From: Lingula anatina | Lineage: Eukaryota; Animalia; Brachiopoda | NCBI GenBank assembly: GCA_051362555.1 | Contig: CM120645.1 | Coordinates: 8,184,001-8,248,000, forward strand | Length of the DNA: 64,000 bases | Direction: 5' to 3' | In this document: positions 14,951 through 27,356 of the stretch, piece after piece | Numbering within the stretch: the first letter of the stretch is position 1 | How the letters are laid out: the number at the start of each line of letters is the position of its first letter | The notes under the pieces: generated by a model | Database searches by the model: none | What the model saw: the letters and a program-made list of their open reading frames with translations, nothing else | Told to the model about the DNA's origin: nothing | Made by a program: the position numbers and the translations under genes

Positions 14951-16415
14951 TGCACACACCTGCATGTGCGCTCAAATGTACTTATTAATGCATATGCATG
15001 CATGCGCACACACACACACACACCTCTTCTTTGTACTGTGGCATATGCCTAAAAGTTACATGTAACTTTGAAAATTAGGAGGAATGCAAGATTTGTGTTG
15101 AGCGCAATAATGTCAGACCAAAATGACATGTTATTCTTTCATTTCAGCCACAATCCAAGCCCAGTGCCCCATGACCATGACAGCGGCTCAGGGGGTCACA
15201 CTGGGCCAACCCAGGGGGGACCACCTAGTGCCTCAACCATTGCTGCCATTATATCTACATTCATGGGGGTCATATTACTATGTCTGTTAGTCATATACTT
15301 CCATAAGGAAGAAAGAAGGTGAGTATAGTTGTAAATGCCATTTTGAATGCTTTTCAATGTTAGTGTAACATGACTGATTGGTCCTACAATACCATGGCCT
15401 ATTTCACAAATATACTTTGGTGGAAAATTGGTCATGGCTAAGTCAGTTTAGAATTATGATTGACAAAGATTTGTGATTGCTAGATTAAGGATGGAGTAAA
15501 TAATTTTTAAAGTTTGATATGTTGAAATAAAGATGCTTTATAGAATCAGTTTGTAAGGTATTATAGTTTTTCTGGTATGTTATTGCCATCATCATAAGCA
15601 TCTGGTCATAATCAGTATAATACTACGTATAATTTTTAATGGTTGTTTTTCAGAAACTCATTTAAAACTAGAGTGAAGATCTGTTTTGGAAGGTCATCGG
15701 TTCCAAATTATCAATATTCAGTTGTAAGTATAAGGCAGCTGATCAGCAGGGTCACACAAGTTTCACTGAAACATGTATTAAAGCTTTCACAGCAAGTTTT
15801 TTGTACCTCTAACACTTGTCTTGCCAAGTTTTCTGTTAAAATTCAAGTCATTTTGCCAGGTTTTCTGTCACACTGTCATACTTATAGTCTACTGTCACAC
15901 TTGCAATAATTCCAAGTTTACTGTCACATCAAATGCAGTCAAGGTAAGTCTGCCAAAAAACGTAAGTCAAATGTATTTTCACACTTTACACTTGTGACCA
16001 TCCCATGTTATAATATAATGTTAAAATATGTCATCAAACTAGTGTGATATTAATTGTTTCCTTTTAATATTTGGCAAATTTTGGTACACATGCACTGCCA
16101 CAATTGAAAAAATTCACTTTGAATCAATTCTACAGCTTACACGATAGAATTTAGTTTTTTCCTGTTTAGGAGTTTTAAGTAAAGGGAATATTACATGACA
16201 TATATCATGATGTAAATGTTATATTTCAGTTAAATCAAGGGGACGATGACTTGTTTGAAGAGCTTGTCAGAGATATATCCGAGGCAGGAGAGGAGGAAGT
16301 GAACATAATGAGGTCAGCGTCGCGGAAAAAGAAATACGACGAGGAACTTTTGACTGACCCAAGTATTGTACAGACAAGTTTCCATGACGACAGTGACGAT
16401 GAAATTTTGACATGA
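406..16415 (+). CDS. IGF2R: Cation-independent mannose-6-phosphate receptor (CI-MPR/IGF2R orthologue), 5'-partial; MRH repeats ~6-15, TM helix, cytoplasmic tail
   Basis: GT-AG exons spliced by hand: 406-574, 1211-1387, 1757-1975, 2531-2717, 3138-3440, 3993-4183, 5196-5273, 5581-5815, 6046-6420, 6760-6826, 7158-7305, 7680-7812, 8314-8445, 8738-9003, 9361-9576, 9841-9990, 10256-10441, 10826-11006, 11221-11297, 11874-12031, 12330-12466, 12613-12742, 13205-13354, 13703-13884, 14144-14244, 14698-14783, 15148-15318 (TM IAAIISTFMGVILLCLLVIYF), 15654-15723, 16230-16415. Repeated CIMR motifs (YDLxxL, YINVCRP, IxFxC, CxYxFxWxTxxAC). Tail has YQYSVL and ends SFHDDSDDEILT*, matching mammalian YKYSKV and SFHDDSDEDLLHI. 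Confidence 0.93.
1489..1756 (+). repeat. Intronic ~35-37 bp minisatellite made of copies of the downstream splice acceptor
   Basis: About 6 copies of (tatt)CTAGACATYTGACCT(T)TATATATCACATTTCT ending at the true acceptor ctattctag|ACCTCTGGCCCT. Confidence 0.85.
1989..2207 (+). repeat. 35-bp minisatellite (ggattgtgtatgtctgtgacactgtgcctgttcat)n, ~5-6 copies
   Basis: Direct tandem repeat just after the donor at 1976; period of 35 seen from 2041 to 2076. Confidence 0.9.
4500..5060 (-). mobile_element. Decayed non-LTR retrotransposon (LINE, L2/CR1-group-like) 3' fragment of the RT ORF, inside a CI-MPR intron
   Basis: Minus-strand translation LGVYISKDL..HVDQITKKASKRIYFLQHLKHAGL..LVTYYQTVIRSVLEYAAPV*..VEKSQERALKII..LSERRL..DHRLHYLL is the typical RT thumb/C-terminal region; it carries stops and a frameshift. 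Confidence 0.82.
5821..5892. repeat. (CT)n microsatellite
   Basis: About 36 CT units directly after an exon donor. Confidence 0.95.
7830..8052. repeat. 10/20-bp minisatellite (ctgtgtcacatagtgtcata)n
   Basis: Tandem array of GTGTCAYAYW 10-mers in a CI-MPR intron. Confidence 0.9.
14893..14950. repeat. (CA)n(GA)n compound microsatellite
   Basis: Seen directly. Similar simple repeats occur at ~10000-10042, 27121-27180, 27314-27354, 56018-56085 and 63226-63287. Confidence 0.9.
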
Positions 16416-18132
16416 AAACAGTTCATCTGTTATCTCTACATTCATGTACATGTTATTAAAATACACAGAGGTAGACACAGACTTATTTTATAAAGAGGAG
16501 TGGAACAGACCCACACATGGAGGAGAGGCCATCGTATCAGGATTTGCCTATTTATTTCTAGAACAAAAAAAAAAAAAGGTGGCCCATGCCTCTACACATT
16601 CCCTTTCATATCTGCTTCTGTGATAATGCTGCGGTGCTATGTAGTATAGCTTAATGGGGCGATGCCTGCTACAGTTTTGTCATAACTGGAGTGCTGGGTG
16701 GATCTTTATGTCTCATGTATGCTACAGTGTGGTGACAGTGAAGTGTGTGTACATACGAAATGTGGCTGTACAGACTAGGTTGATAATGGTTATGATAATG
16801 ATTATTTAAAAAATGAATGACCAGAAGGTTGAAGATTTTACAAAAAAAAAAAAAATCTTGAATGCACACAATTTGATATCACTACTGTTAGGTCTGGTTT
16901 AAAAAATAACTAAAAACTTCAGATAAATCAGATATCTTCCAGCACAGCCTTGGACAACAAAATCACTGGTTCATAGTTCTGAGAAATATTTTGGAATCTT
17001 TTGTAACTTGTTACTGTAGTAGATAAAAACAATAACACTCACAAACACAATGGGCAGTAGGCCTTTTTATATATCAAAAATAATTTCAGATATTCTAATA
17101 TTTGAACCTCTCTTATAATGGAGATTAGGAGTGAACTATTTCACTGTTATGTCAAAAATGGTTATGCGGTACCTGCAAAACAGTATATAAAATAAATTAA
17201 TGATGGTAATTTTTTAACAGTTTTGGATATTAGATTTAGTAATAATTATTGGGAAATTGAAAAAAAAATTAGGTATTTAATGAAAAGTTCCAATTGGCAT
17301 TGTATGGGATAAATATAGTCTAACCGAGTTGTTGACAACCCTGGTGGTTAATCGGCTTGTTTGCATAATGGTTTATGTTGACACCCAGAACTGGTTCAAA
17401 TTGAATTTGGTGGACCTGTCTTAAGATTTCTCATTGTGAACTGATACAGAGGGATCTCTTTTTTTTTTTTGCAAACTTTCCCAAAACGTCCATCAGGAAC
17501 TGGACATAATGTGTCATGGCAAAATTCTGTCACTTTTTAGTAGAACATTGGGGAAGGTGATTTGATTCCATCTCTTCTCTGAGATAAAATAGCGAAAGGA
17601 TAGACTCTGTGTAATTAACTTTTAAATTGTGGATAGTTCTTGCCTAATTCTTCAGTTTTTTGTTGAATAACCCCAAAAATGTTATTTTAAACCATTACGT
17701 GGAATTATTCTGTTTAAGTGAACTATTGCAAAACTTTCCTAGTAAATTATTGATTTTGTGAAGTATTGTGGTCTAAAAGCGGAGACCAAATTTGGGGGCA
17801 AAGTTTTTTTTATAGAAAGCCCCCCTGAAGTATTTGACATATAACAGTATATGTCATGTTACTCAATACTCCTATTGTTTTGTTGCTTATGATGTTGTAG
17901 AACTCGTGTTTGAAAATGTTTGGTAAGATAGGTGTAGACGTTTATTAAACACTCACTTATGATGGACATTGGTAATAATTACTGAGTAATTTGTCATGTG
18001 CCTTATACTGTCCATCTGCGCAGTTATAGTAATTGCTCACAGATTTCTAACTTCTTTTTTGACTTAGGATTTCATGATTTCAAGACATTTTAATGTTTGA
18101 CTAACTGCTCCCTCTCCTCCTGCAAAAAAAAA

Positions 18133-18165
<33 letters not shown>

Positions 18166-21116
18166 AATAAAATATATAAAAAAGCAGAAAGGATGAAAGA
18201 CCAAGTCAATGACAATCCGAATTTCACCATTTCATGCACTTTGCCCACTGTTCACAATAATGTTTACAAATAATAATTTTTAATTGTTACAAATAATGTA
18301 ACTAATTTATTTTGTTTGAACCAAGTGAGTGAGTGCAGTTCTCAAGGCTTTATGTATTCTGTGATATGTTTGCATGGCAAAAACATTTCAATGTCCAGGT
18401 AAAACTATTATTATTTTGAGGTGTTAACCAGTTATTGGTGATTCATGAGAAAATGATATAAGGCTTATTATGCGAAAAAATTATAATAATAAATAAAAAG
18501 ATAAGAAAAAGAAAAATCAGTCTCTTGTTTTTCCCCAATTTCATTCACCAGTAAAATGCTTATTTCTTTTTTTACCAACAAATTTAGTTCACTTCAGCTA
18601 CAGTACGTTTGGGAGTTGCTGATTTCTGTTTTATTCATCTTTTTCACTAACCCCCTCGTCTTTAAGTAAATCGTGTTATGAAGAGATTACAATGAATAGA
18701 TTACATGCCGTGGAAAAAAGCCACTCACACACAATTGCAAAGTCTCTGTACTTCTTAAAGGTTGGTGTTAGCGTTAATTTCTTACACACATAATTTTCTA
18801 AACTTTTAGGCTACTATACCAGCATATACAAATATACTATAATTGCCATGCAATTTAAAGATCGCAAGAAAATTTTGCCGATCGACGTGAGGGAAATTCA
18901 AATCGTATATGTTTTAATCATAATACGTAAGACACAGATGTAGAGGAAAGGGTCTGATTCTACTTGCTTCACTTGTTATATGCACTTATTTATTTATTTA
19001 TTTATTATATTTTTTTGTCTTCTGTGTCTGTCTATACAGATTGCTGAAAATGCATATCTTTCATTTGCAAGAGTACGTTATTTCCGCTGCACAAAAAATT
19101 TGTTCTTCCGCACTTTGAGTTTGACATGTAGGCCCTACGACAATTTTGAAAATTAATTTTTTTCATTTTTCCGGATTCGATAAGCTCTTAAAATACATTT
19201 TCTTTTAACATAAAACCTGTTTCGCTAAATTCCGGTTGCACTCTTCCTTCCTGGCATCATACTATAAAAATAGCAGCTGTTTATAACGAAATAATTGGCG
19301 AGAACCTATCTGCTCAATCAGGATGAAATTCTTGGAATAGATTAAGATGCCTATGAGATTAACATTTCCCCTTCCTGTTCCCCATGCCCACCTGAAGGTG
19401 TATTGCTACAGGTAATTACTGTCCCGTAGTTACCGAAACGGAACTGAGCGAGGGCGTCGGGCATTTTAATGACATCGTTTTCTTTTGTCCACTAATAGAA
19501 GCACCGCTGCTAAGTGGACAGTTCCTGATGACAGGAAAGATATTTAACGTAGTCATGAGAACGAAAATCGGACAGTGTCACAAGTGGAATGGTGAAAGAA
19601 AGTATTGGTGACGACCATAAGCGAGCGACGCTTCTTGTAGTTTGTGGCTTAATTTTTAAGTTACACCAGAGGGAAAAACCGCCAGCAAGGACAACGTGTT
19701 AAAAATCAAATTGGTAAGCACGATTTTCATTTACATGAAATATAAAAAGTGGCATAAATGAAAAAAAGGATCTTCGAAAATCATGAATTTTAGTAAATTA
19801 GATTGACCGTTTGTTGTCGTGAGATGTGAGTCTTCCAATTGGCATCGGTATGTAACATTCTTACCAAGCAATAGTGACTTCTTACTTTTAAAGGTTGTAA
19901 ACAGATTTTTAAAAAGTATTTTATGATTTAATCCAAGTGCAGGGACACATTTTAATTTAAGTTTTAAAGTTAATTCATAATTTATAGAATTGTTTTAACT
20001 CCTTTGTCAATTTATTAGTATTTTGGCCTTTTCTCAGCCCAAAAAGAGAAATGATTGCCCATTTATTCATATCTCATGTGCAACAGTTATTTGAATTAAC
20101 TCTAAACTTGTATATAGTTAGTTTCTTTCGAAAATCTCATCTCACATCTCGCATGTTTGAGACCTTTCACTGGGTAATGACTTGGTGCATGGCTGCGTCT
20201 CGATTGACATCGCTTTTTTTATATCTGCAAAACAAGCAAATTACCCAAAAGAAAAATTCGATAATTGTTTTAAAATATAGTTTCAACATTAACTTTAAAC
20301 TTTTGATATTCGAAATAAAAAATAACAATATCAATTATGTCAGAATGCTTGAAAATCATCATGTAGGCTAATACTACCTCAACTGTGACAACATAGCTAT
20401 CATCTGACATTTTTGTCGTCTGATTATGGTATGTGTCCTTTCCTCTGATTGGTGAAAAAAGTGTTTACGTCATCGAACCATATTTGATTTTGTTTCTCGG
20501 GTCTCAGTGACCGGGCCTCGCATTCCATGTTCAAGGATATTAGATCGTAATCTATGGCAAAATTATATAACAGAACACTTTACAAAATTTATATTCATTT
20601 TGATACAGGACACTTTATATCTTACTGGGACATCGTCCAGGTGTTATATAATTAGAACGATGCATATCTTTACAATTACCTTCCTTGCGTAGTCACGAGA
20701 CGTCCGCAACAGGAAGATCGGACTTATTATCTTGATGTGCGCTACGTGCGTGTCGAAGCAGGGGTTTATTTCGGATAGATCTAAAAAATGTCCACTGTCA
20801 GACATATTTATTACTCTTTCTTTTTTATTTATTTTTATTCCCACCTCCTTTCAACCCCCACCCCAGTTTGTACATCTGGGTCCAGTTTCGTCAACACTGC
20901 ATGGATAGTACTTTGCAATTCCACGTCGCATAAGTTTTTTTTTTACATATTTTGTATAACAATATTGTTAGTTGTAAACAATTATATCAGCAAATATTTG
21001 TACCGTTAACTTATTGTTTTACATGACATAGGATTGGTTCTTATCTTAATGTTATTAATTCTTATCTCATTTGAAATTTTATATTTTCTAAATTCAGCAA
21101 TTTTATTTCTAGCACC

Positions 21117-23666
21117 ATGCCAGGAGAACGGTTAGTATGCGTTTGGCAAGCTGCACATGCAAACGATCCAAACCCAAGAAACAAAACTATTACCAAAGAT
21201 GCCTTGAAAAAAGTCAATGTGCGATTTGCAGGCTTTCAATCTACGCATTACATGGAGAACAAATTCGACAGCACCTTCAAAGACGGGGTAACCTTTGAAT
21301 TGTACAAAACTTACGTCCACAAATCTCTTCTTGAAAAAGGAGTTCCAGAGCACGTGCTTCATGACGACATAGAAAAGGCATGCTGGGATTTATCCAAGAG
21401 TAGCTATAAATGTTCTTTGCCAGGTAGCGATCTCTTTCGTCTCTGGCAAGTTGCTAATCGCCTTACGCAAGAGGGCACCTATCCTCCCATTATATGCACA
21501 GACGAATGTCAATGGCTAAGTGAGAAGATCGCATCCCACTTGGGAAAACACTGGAAAACAAACGATCACACTTACAAGGCAGATGGCGCCACTTTTCAAG
21601 ATTTGCTGGATTCCCTCGATGACGTATACTTTCACGAGACATCACCCGATCTCGTCCACGCGTGCATCAAGGATTTGCACAAGTGGTTGGTGGAGGAGGT
21701 CATGAAAACTGGATGGATGTACAAGCGTACGCGAAAGCAGGCCAACTGGACCAACTGGACCAAAAGGTGGTTCGTTTTAAAGCCTGGACGACTGGAGTAC
21801 TATGACAAGCCTGCCGTGGGGAATTCGACCAGTCGCCTTAAAGGTGAAGTCGTTATCTCTCAGAACACCAAACTTGAGTCATTGCCAGACTACAGTGGAC
21901 TGGTTCGCAAGCTGTCCGGCCGCTTTAAGGTATCCAATGCACATGAAATAGAGTGCGAGATAGCGGATGCTGCGACCGGTGCCAGCAACAAAGAGAGACG
22001 CGCATGGCTGTCCTGCCTGGAGGAAGTCATTGAGACGTGCAAGGAGGGCATGACGCCGGTCCAGAAACTTCTCAACGAACGCCATCGCAGGCGGGAGATC
22101 AGTAGAGACGACAGCACGTCTAAAATTGACAACGCCTTGTCAGCGACCTACGAACGGTCAGTTGAGGACCAGAATGGCAACAGTCCTACTGAAGATGGTA
22201 AATACATAGTACCGGTAAAAGCACCAAACTTCCAGCCAGTGCCTATGTCCTCGCATTCTAACGGACAGGCAAAGAAACCAGATCCAGTGAAAATTTCAAA
22301 CTCGTCCGCTGAAGTCCCCCCTGTTATAAATGTTGATCAACCAAGCATAGACACAGAGGAAAACAATGACAGCAACATGATCAAAGTTGCAGAAGAAAAA
22401 CTGAAAGCCGTTTTCATGAAAATCGACACAAGTGGAAATGGCTGGATAGACCCCGAAGAGTTTTCAGCCTTCATTCACAGCCTCGGTTTGAAGATGACCG
22501 AGAAGGAGATCAACCTGGTTTTCAACACTGTCGACAAAGATTCCAACGGGAAAATAAACTTCGAAGAGTTTGAGGAGTATTTCTCAAGATACATCATGGA
22601 TGAAAATTGCTCGTCCGCGTGTGTCGCTGCCCTCAGGGGTGCGTTTCTTGAGGCAGATCGTAACGGGACAGGGACCCTAAACTTCCACGAATTTGCAGAG
22701 TACGTTTGGGAGAAAAAAAGATCAATTCGTGTTTCTAAAATTCTGAAAGCTTTCAAGAAAATGGATGGCCAACAAAAAGGTGAGATAACCTTTACAGATT
22801 TCCGAGATCTCTACTTGAGACCTGGTGGAGGGGTTGAGGCACCAATTCCAGAGGAAGAGATCGAGCTGGTCCAGGAATCAGATTCTTTGGACGTTTTTGA
22901 ACGTCAGCTGAAGCAGACCTACGATGACACGGACGTCGACACCCTATCCCATTACATACGGGACAGATGGGATAAGTTCACCAGTTTTCGTCGCCTTGGC
23001 GCTTCCGGTGAGGTCGTGATGAAGGGAGGGTCTGGCATGGTGGCGGATATCGTTCCCGGGGACTACAACCTCATGGACATCGCCTGTTTTTCGGACCTTC
23101 CCCCTCTTGTCCCCAAATGCACTGTCATCAAAGGAGTCAAGTGGGTCTCCAGCACCATTCCAGGGATTTCTGGCAAAATCGTTTTCCCGAGCGATTTTAA
23201 TAAAGAGATCGTCACCGATTTGGCCACCAATGAGCATTTGAGGTACTACGGTTGTAGTTTTGCAGACTCGCAGCAGGTCAAGATCTCTTTGATGTACCGC
23301 CACGGAATTCAAGATTTCACCTACGAGAACAAATACCTTGAGGATTACGTCACCGTCTCCAATGGCGGTGCAGGCATCGAGAGACACGACTTCTCCCATC
23401 TCGACTGCCCTCTGGTGGAAGACTCAGGAGTTTTCATCATGGCGAAACTTGTGGGAGATGACGAATTGCACGTGACCGGCTTCCGTGTTCCAGTCCGCCA
23501 TACATTGTATATACCCGGCGGTTGCATCCATTCTAATGATTACCTTAAAGGCACGTGGAGAACCATGCTCTCTGATGAAACTGACATTGACCACGTGCAC
23601 TTGGTGAAGAAATCAGCGAAAGCGCTGGACGAGAATTTAACGGGCTTTAAATTTCAGTTTGTGTAA
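21117..23666 (+). CDS. Intronless 849-aa protein: SWAP70/DEF6-like N-terminal region + PH domain + 4 EF-hands + C-terminal AllA/ureidoglycolate-lyase-like cupin
   Basis: Long clean ORF with good start context (gcaccATG) after a polypyrimidine acceptor. The N-terminus parallels SWAP70 (ACWDL..DLFRLWQVANRL..YPPII; EEVMKTGWMYKR..NWTKRWFVLKP..KGEVVI..ESLPD). EF loops are DTSGNGWIDPEE, DKDSNGKINFEE, DRNGTGTLNFHE and DGQQKGEITFTD. The C-terminal GIERHDFSH..P..YIPGGCIHS is a cupin-type motif. Confidence 0.88.
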   Translation: MPGERLVCVWQAAHANDPNPRNKTITKDALKKVNVRFAGFQSTHYMENKFDSTFKDGVTFELYKTYVHKSLLEKGVPEHVLHDDIEKACWDLSKSSYKCSLPGSDLFRLWQVANRLTQEGTYPPIICTDECQWLSEKIASHLGKHWKTNDHTYKADGATFQDLLDSLDDVYFHETSPDLVHACIKDLHKWLVEEVMKTGWMYKRTRKQANWTNWTKRWFVLKPGRLEYYDKPAVGNSTSRLKGEVVISQNTKLESLPDYSGLVRKLSGRFKVSNAHEIECEIADAATGASNKERRAWLSCLEEVIETCKEGMTPVQKLLNERHRRREISRDDSTSKIDNALSATYERSVEDQNGNSPTEDGKYIVPVKAPNFQPVPMSSHSNGQAKKPDPVKISNSSAEVPPVINVDQPSIDTEENNDSNMIKVAEEKLKAVFMKIDTSGNGWIDPEEFSAFIHSLGLKMTEKEINLVFNTVDKDSNGKINFEEFEEYFSRYIMDENCSSACVAALRGAFLEADRNGTGTLNFHEFAEYVWEKKRSIRVSKILKAFKKMDGQQKGEITFTDFRDLYLRPGGGVEAPIPEEEIELVQESDSLDVFERQLKQTYDDTDVDTLSHYIRDRWDKFTSFRRLGASGEVVMKGGSGMVADIVPGDYNLMDIACFSDLPPLVPKCTVIKGVKWVSSTIPGISGKIVFPSDFNKEIVTDLATNEHLRYYGCSFADSQQVKISLMYRHGIQDFTYENKYLEDYVTVSNGGAGIERHDFSHLDCPLVEDSGVFIMAKLVGDDELHVTGFRVPVRHTLYIPGGCIHSNDYLKGTWRTMLSDETDIDHVHLVKKSAKALDENLTGFKFQFV

Positions 23667-24449
23667 CACCTTCTGAGTCTTTATATAATGTCATGGTGAC
23701 TTTCTTTCCCCAGTCCCTTTTTACCATGATTTGATTGTAACCCCATTTCAATTTATCCAGTTCTACCAGAGGTGCGTTCCCTCTATGAACTAACACCAAA
23801 ATGACTGAGTAAGAGTAATATTCTCTAGCGAAATTTTACCCAATCAATTTGGGGAATTTTTGAGAAATTCAAATTAGATTCAGAATACTAATTTTAATCT
23901 TAAAAGAAGTTTGTTAGAGCGTTTTTAAATAGTCTCTGTATACTAAAAAAAGAAATCGTTTGTTCATCTCTCTTACATGCCTTTTTTATAAAACTTTCCT
24001 ATATTACATTCATTTGAAAGGTATTGTTAGAATATGAGCGTTTATTTTGTAGGCCTTGTAAAAGCTTTAATTTGCTTTAAATTCCAGTGGATTATTTGAA
24101 GGTCATTTGCCAAAATTTTCCAGTTGGTTAGATGTCATTATGTAGAGAAGATGACGTTAAAAATAATACTGTTATCATTTAATTATACCAGTTTTTATTG
24201 TATATACATTTATACGATAAACTAAAGTTTAAAGTCTTTACACATTAAGGCAATTTTGAATGTTGTCTACTTAATTTCCGTTATAGTCTTTTTGTACTTA
24301 CGGATAGAAAATGATATTTTATATATTTATAAATAAATCAAAAGAAGTTTTTTAAATGATAAATGAATATAGAAGAAAAATGTGGTCATTGTACGAGCCT
24401 CGTGAATTGATAAAGTTATCGCTGCAGAACATCTTGAATGTGTCAGAGA

Positions 24450-24585
24450 AGCCGAGATGAATCTCAACCAATTGCATCAGGAAACGCGCACCTAACAAGT
24501 GCAATGGTACTCCAGGATGTTACAGATGAATTGGCAGAAATCATTACAATTCAAGCGCTCAATAATAAGAAAGGTCACAATAACT
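24450..24585 (+). mobile_element. Possible highly decayed LINE RT N-terminal fragment
   Basis: Frameshifted translation NLN..ASG..MVLQDVTDELAEIITI..KRSII resembles the LNPxKAxGPDxIxxxVLKxxAxELAxxIxxIFNxSI motif that precedes non-LTR RT domains. Confidence 0.35.
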
Positions 24586-25169
24586 TTGTTTACTGTCGAA
24601 TCAACTGTTAGAATGAAATGTCCTTGCTGCTTTTTAATAGTGAAACTGCCGGTTGAAACTGCTGGAAATCCGGTTATGTGCTTCGACTGAGATGACTATT
24701 TTTATGTATAAAGAAGCACAAAAGAAGTGAAAGTTGACTGGGAATTGCGCCCATCATTATGTGTCCAAGGATGAAGAAAGGAAGGGAGGGAGGGGGCTAG
24801 AAGAGCGGGGAAAGATGAGATACAGGGCCTTTTAATGGAGAAATAAAGACTGTTAAAACATTTTGAGGCTAGGACTTAAGGCAGTTTCCAACCCTGATCT
24901 CTTTATCGTAATATTTAAATGAAGTCTCTTTGATTTATTTATTTATTTATATATTTATTTATTATGCCTGGAAAAGGTCAGTTCTGAATCAAAGTTTTGA
25001 CGGGGTCATGTCTTCACACCCCCGCACCGATAGGCCCTATGTCCCGCACCAATACTCCTCCGCACCGATACTCCCCCCATTTCGATGATTCAACGGATTT
25101 CGCCATAACACTGACGCAACCCATTAAGGAAAATACATAATTGTGAATCACTTTTGGCCACAGAGAATG

Positions 25170-25202
<33 letters not shown>

Positions 25203-27119
25203 CGGATATTTCTGAGAGCGGAAAATATAACAGTGACCAAACAAATTCAGAATCATTATTTATATATAATCACACATTCCATTAACAATTGATTAGTTTT
25301 GATGGTAAATATTTTTAAGTAAGAACATAATTTAACTTTAGGCCTCAAGAAGTACGTACTGCGCATTTATATATCACTGCCTTTATAAGAAATGAGTGGA
25401 TCAATAAAAGATGCTTATCCAAGAACAAAAGTTATATTTTATTTAATTGCTGTATCCTTCAGCAACAGGCAATAACTCCATTACATAACATTATGTAGGA
25501 TCATTTCCCGAGTCACGCGTGAGAGGTATGAGCAAGATGTATGTAATTTCGAGTCATCTGAACTTAATGACTCATCCTTCTCTCCTCGTCGTCACATGAG
25601 CGCATCCTTCGTGAAGTCTAAAAAAGATTTCATTGACACACTTAGATGGATGTTGGGAGTAAGGACAACAGCAGCAGGTAAGAAAAGAAAATCGTGTAGG
25701 GTTTACTGGAGGGGGATTGTGGGGAGGGGGGCTGGGGAGGGGGTCACGGTGGGTGAGGTGCATCTGCTTTAGCTTTAGGATAACCCCTTTTCTCTCCCCC
25801 ACTCCCTGAGAAAAGTAAAAGAGAGAATATTACAAGATAATAGAAACACGAAGAGGTTTCGTTAAGGTTGAAAAAATATTGGAATTTTTTGTACATTGTT
25901 ATGATAACAAACTGCGAAAATGATCTTACAGAGAATACGATTATTCTGTATTCAATTTTCACTGTATTCTGTATATTATTACTCAGAGTCACATGAGCCC
26001 GTGTAACAGTAGCTATGCATAAGACATTTAATTCGTTGCGATATAATTGTGGTGGTATTTAAATCAAGCCTTTAAGCCACCTGGGCTCAGAGAGTCTTGA
26101 GATTCAGGGTTCACTGATAATGTAGGTTTGTTTTCAGAAAACAGAAGGTGTCAGGTTCATATACCAGTGATAATAATAACAAATATAGACCGAGAGTTTC
26201 ATTCTATTTTTACTGCGAAATTTGGAAAAAGACGATCTGTAACATGTTATTTTCTTTTTGCAGTTAGGGCCATATATAATTTATTTAAAGATTATTTAAT
26301 AAGCAAAATGAGCAAATAATATTCAAGCACATTTACATTCTAGTCTGAAGTAAATGTTTTAATTCGTAAATGACATAAAAACTGAACCGAATGACAAAGT
26401 AACAACTAAATGCTATACATGCATATGTGTGTATTCTTGTGTAAACACATTAAAAGTAAAGGATTCGTTTATACTTTGTGGTGAGTGATTTTATGCTTCA
26501 GTGATTGCATCACTCTTAATAAAAAAGGACAAGGTGACCTCAAACGAAGATATGTTAATATGCACCATAAACCAAAACAACCTGAATTCACATTAAGGAT
26601 ATTGTGTTCTAACGCCCCCAAATGCCCGTTATTTTGTTTCCACTTGAATGTCATGATAAAAAAGTATAACCCTTTTTGACGCCTCTGTATTGTCACACAA
26701 AGTGGCTTGCCAGAATAAGAAAATAGAATGCTTCAAAAATAAACTCTTTCCGACTCTTACCGCTTAAATTACTGCACCTATTTTCCTGTTAAAACAAAGG
26801 ATCTAAGCCAATCCCACGATGGCTTACATTTAGACCTTTTTCTTAAAGAAATAACATCGGCAAATACACAATTTAAAAAATTCAATCACGAGTCATTTAT
26901 TTTAGGTCCACTGATTGGTTTATTTTTCTTCAGAGCTAGTGCTGCAAGTGGAAGAAAACCCAACCTCAAGAAATTTATATGCCGGATGTAGACGGAATGC
27001 TGTATGGAACCTTGTGGCGAAACTAAGTGAACGCAGTCTCAGAGTTCGCGAGATGATGCAGTGTTGACAAGCCCTAAGCCAGTTTTAAAAGTACGGTAAG
27101 GATACACGAACGCGCGTGA

Positions 27120-27182
<63 letters not shown>

Positions 27183-27311
27183 TTCCAAAATAAGGAGCAA
27201 GGATATGGGATTCAATGTACTAAGCAGGCGCGTAGAAAGTTAAGTTTAATTTTATGTTACCCTTCAGATAAAATTAGTGACAAGGGTATCAGTGAGTGTC
27301 GTTGTTAAAAA

Positions 27312-27356
<45 letters not shown>

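Noticed and set aside
14611-15065. ORFs with HTHTHT/VCVCVC/ERERER tracts (also 5821-5907, 27296-27499, 55908-56190, 63113-63403)
   Set aside because: These are translations of microsatellites, not proteins.
22475-23527. Antisense ORFs overlapping the long CDSs (also within 29002-30627, 34352-35523, 46780-47301)
   Set aside because: Shadow ORFs of real coding sequence with no independent motifs.
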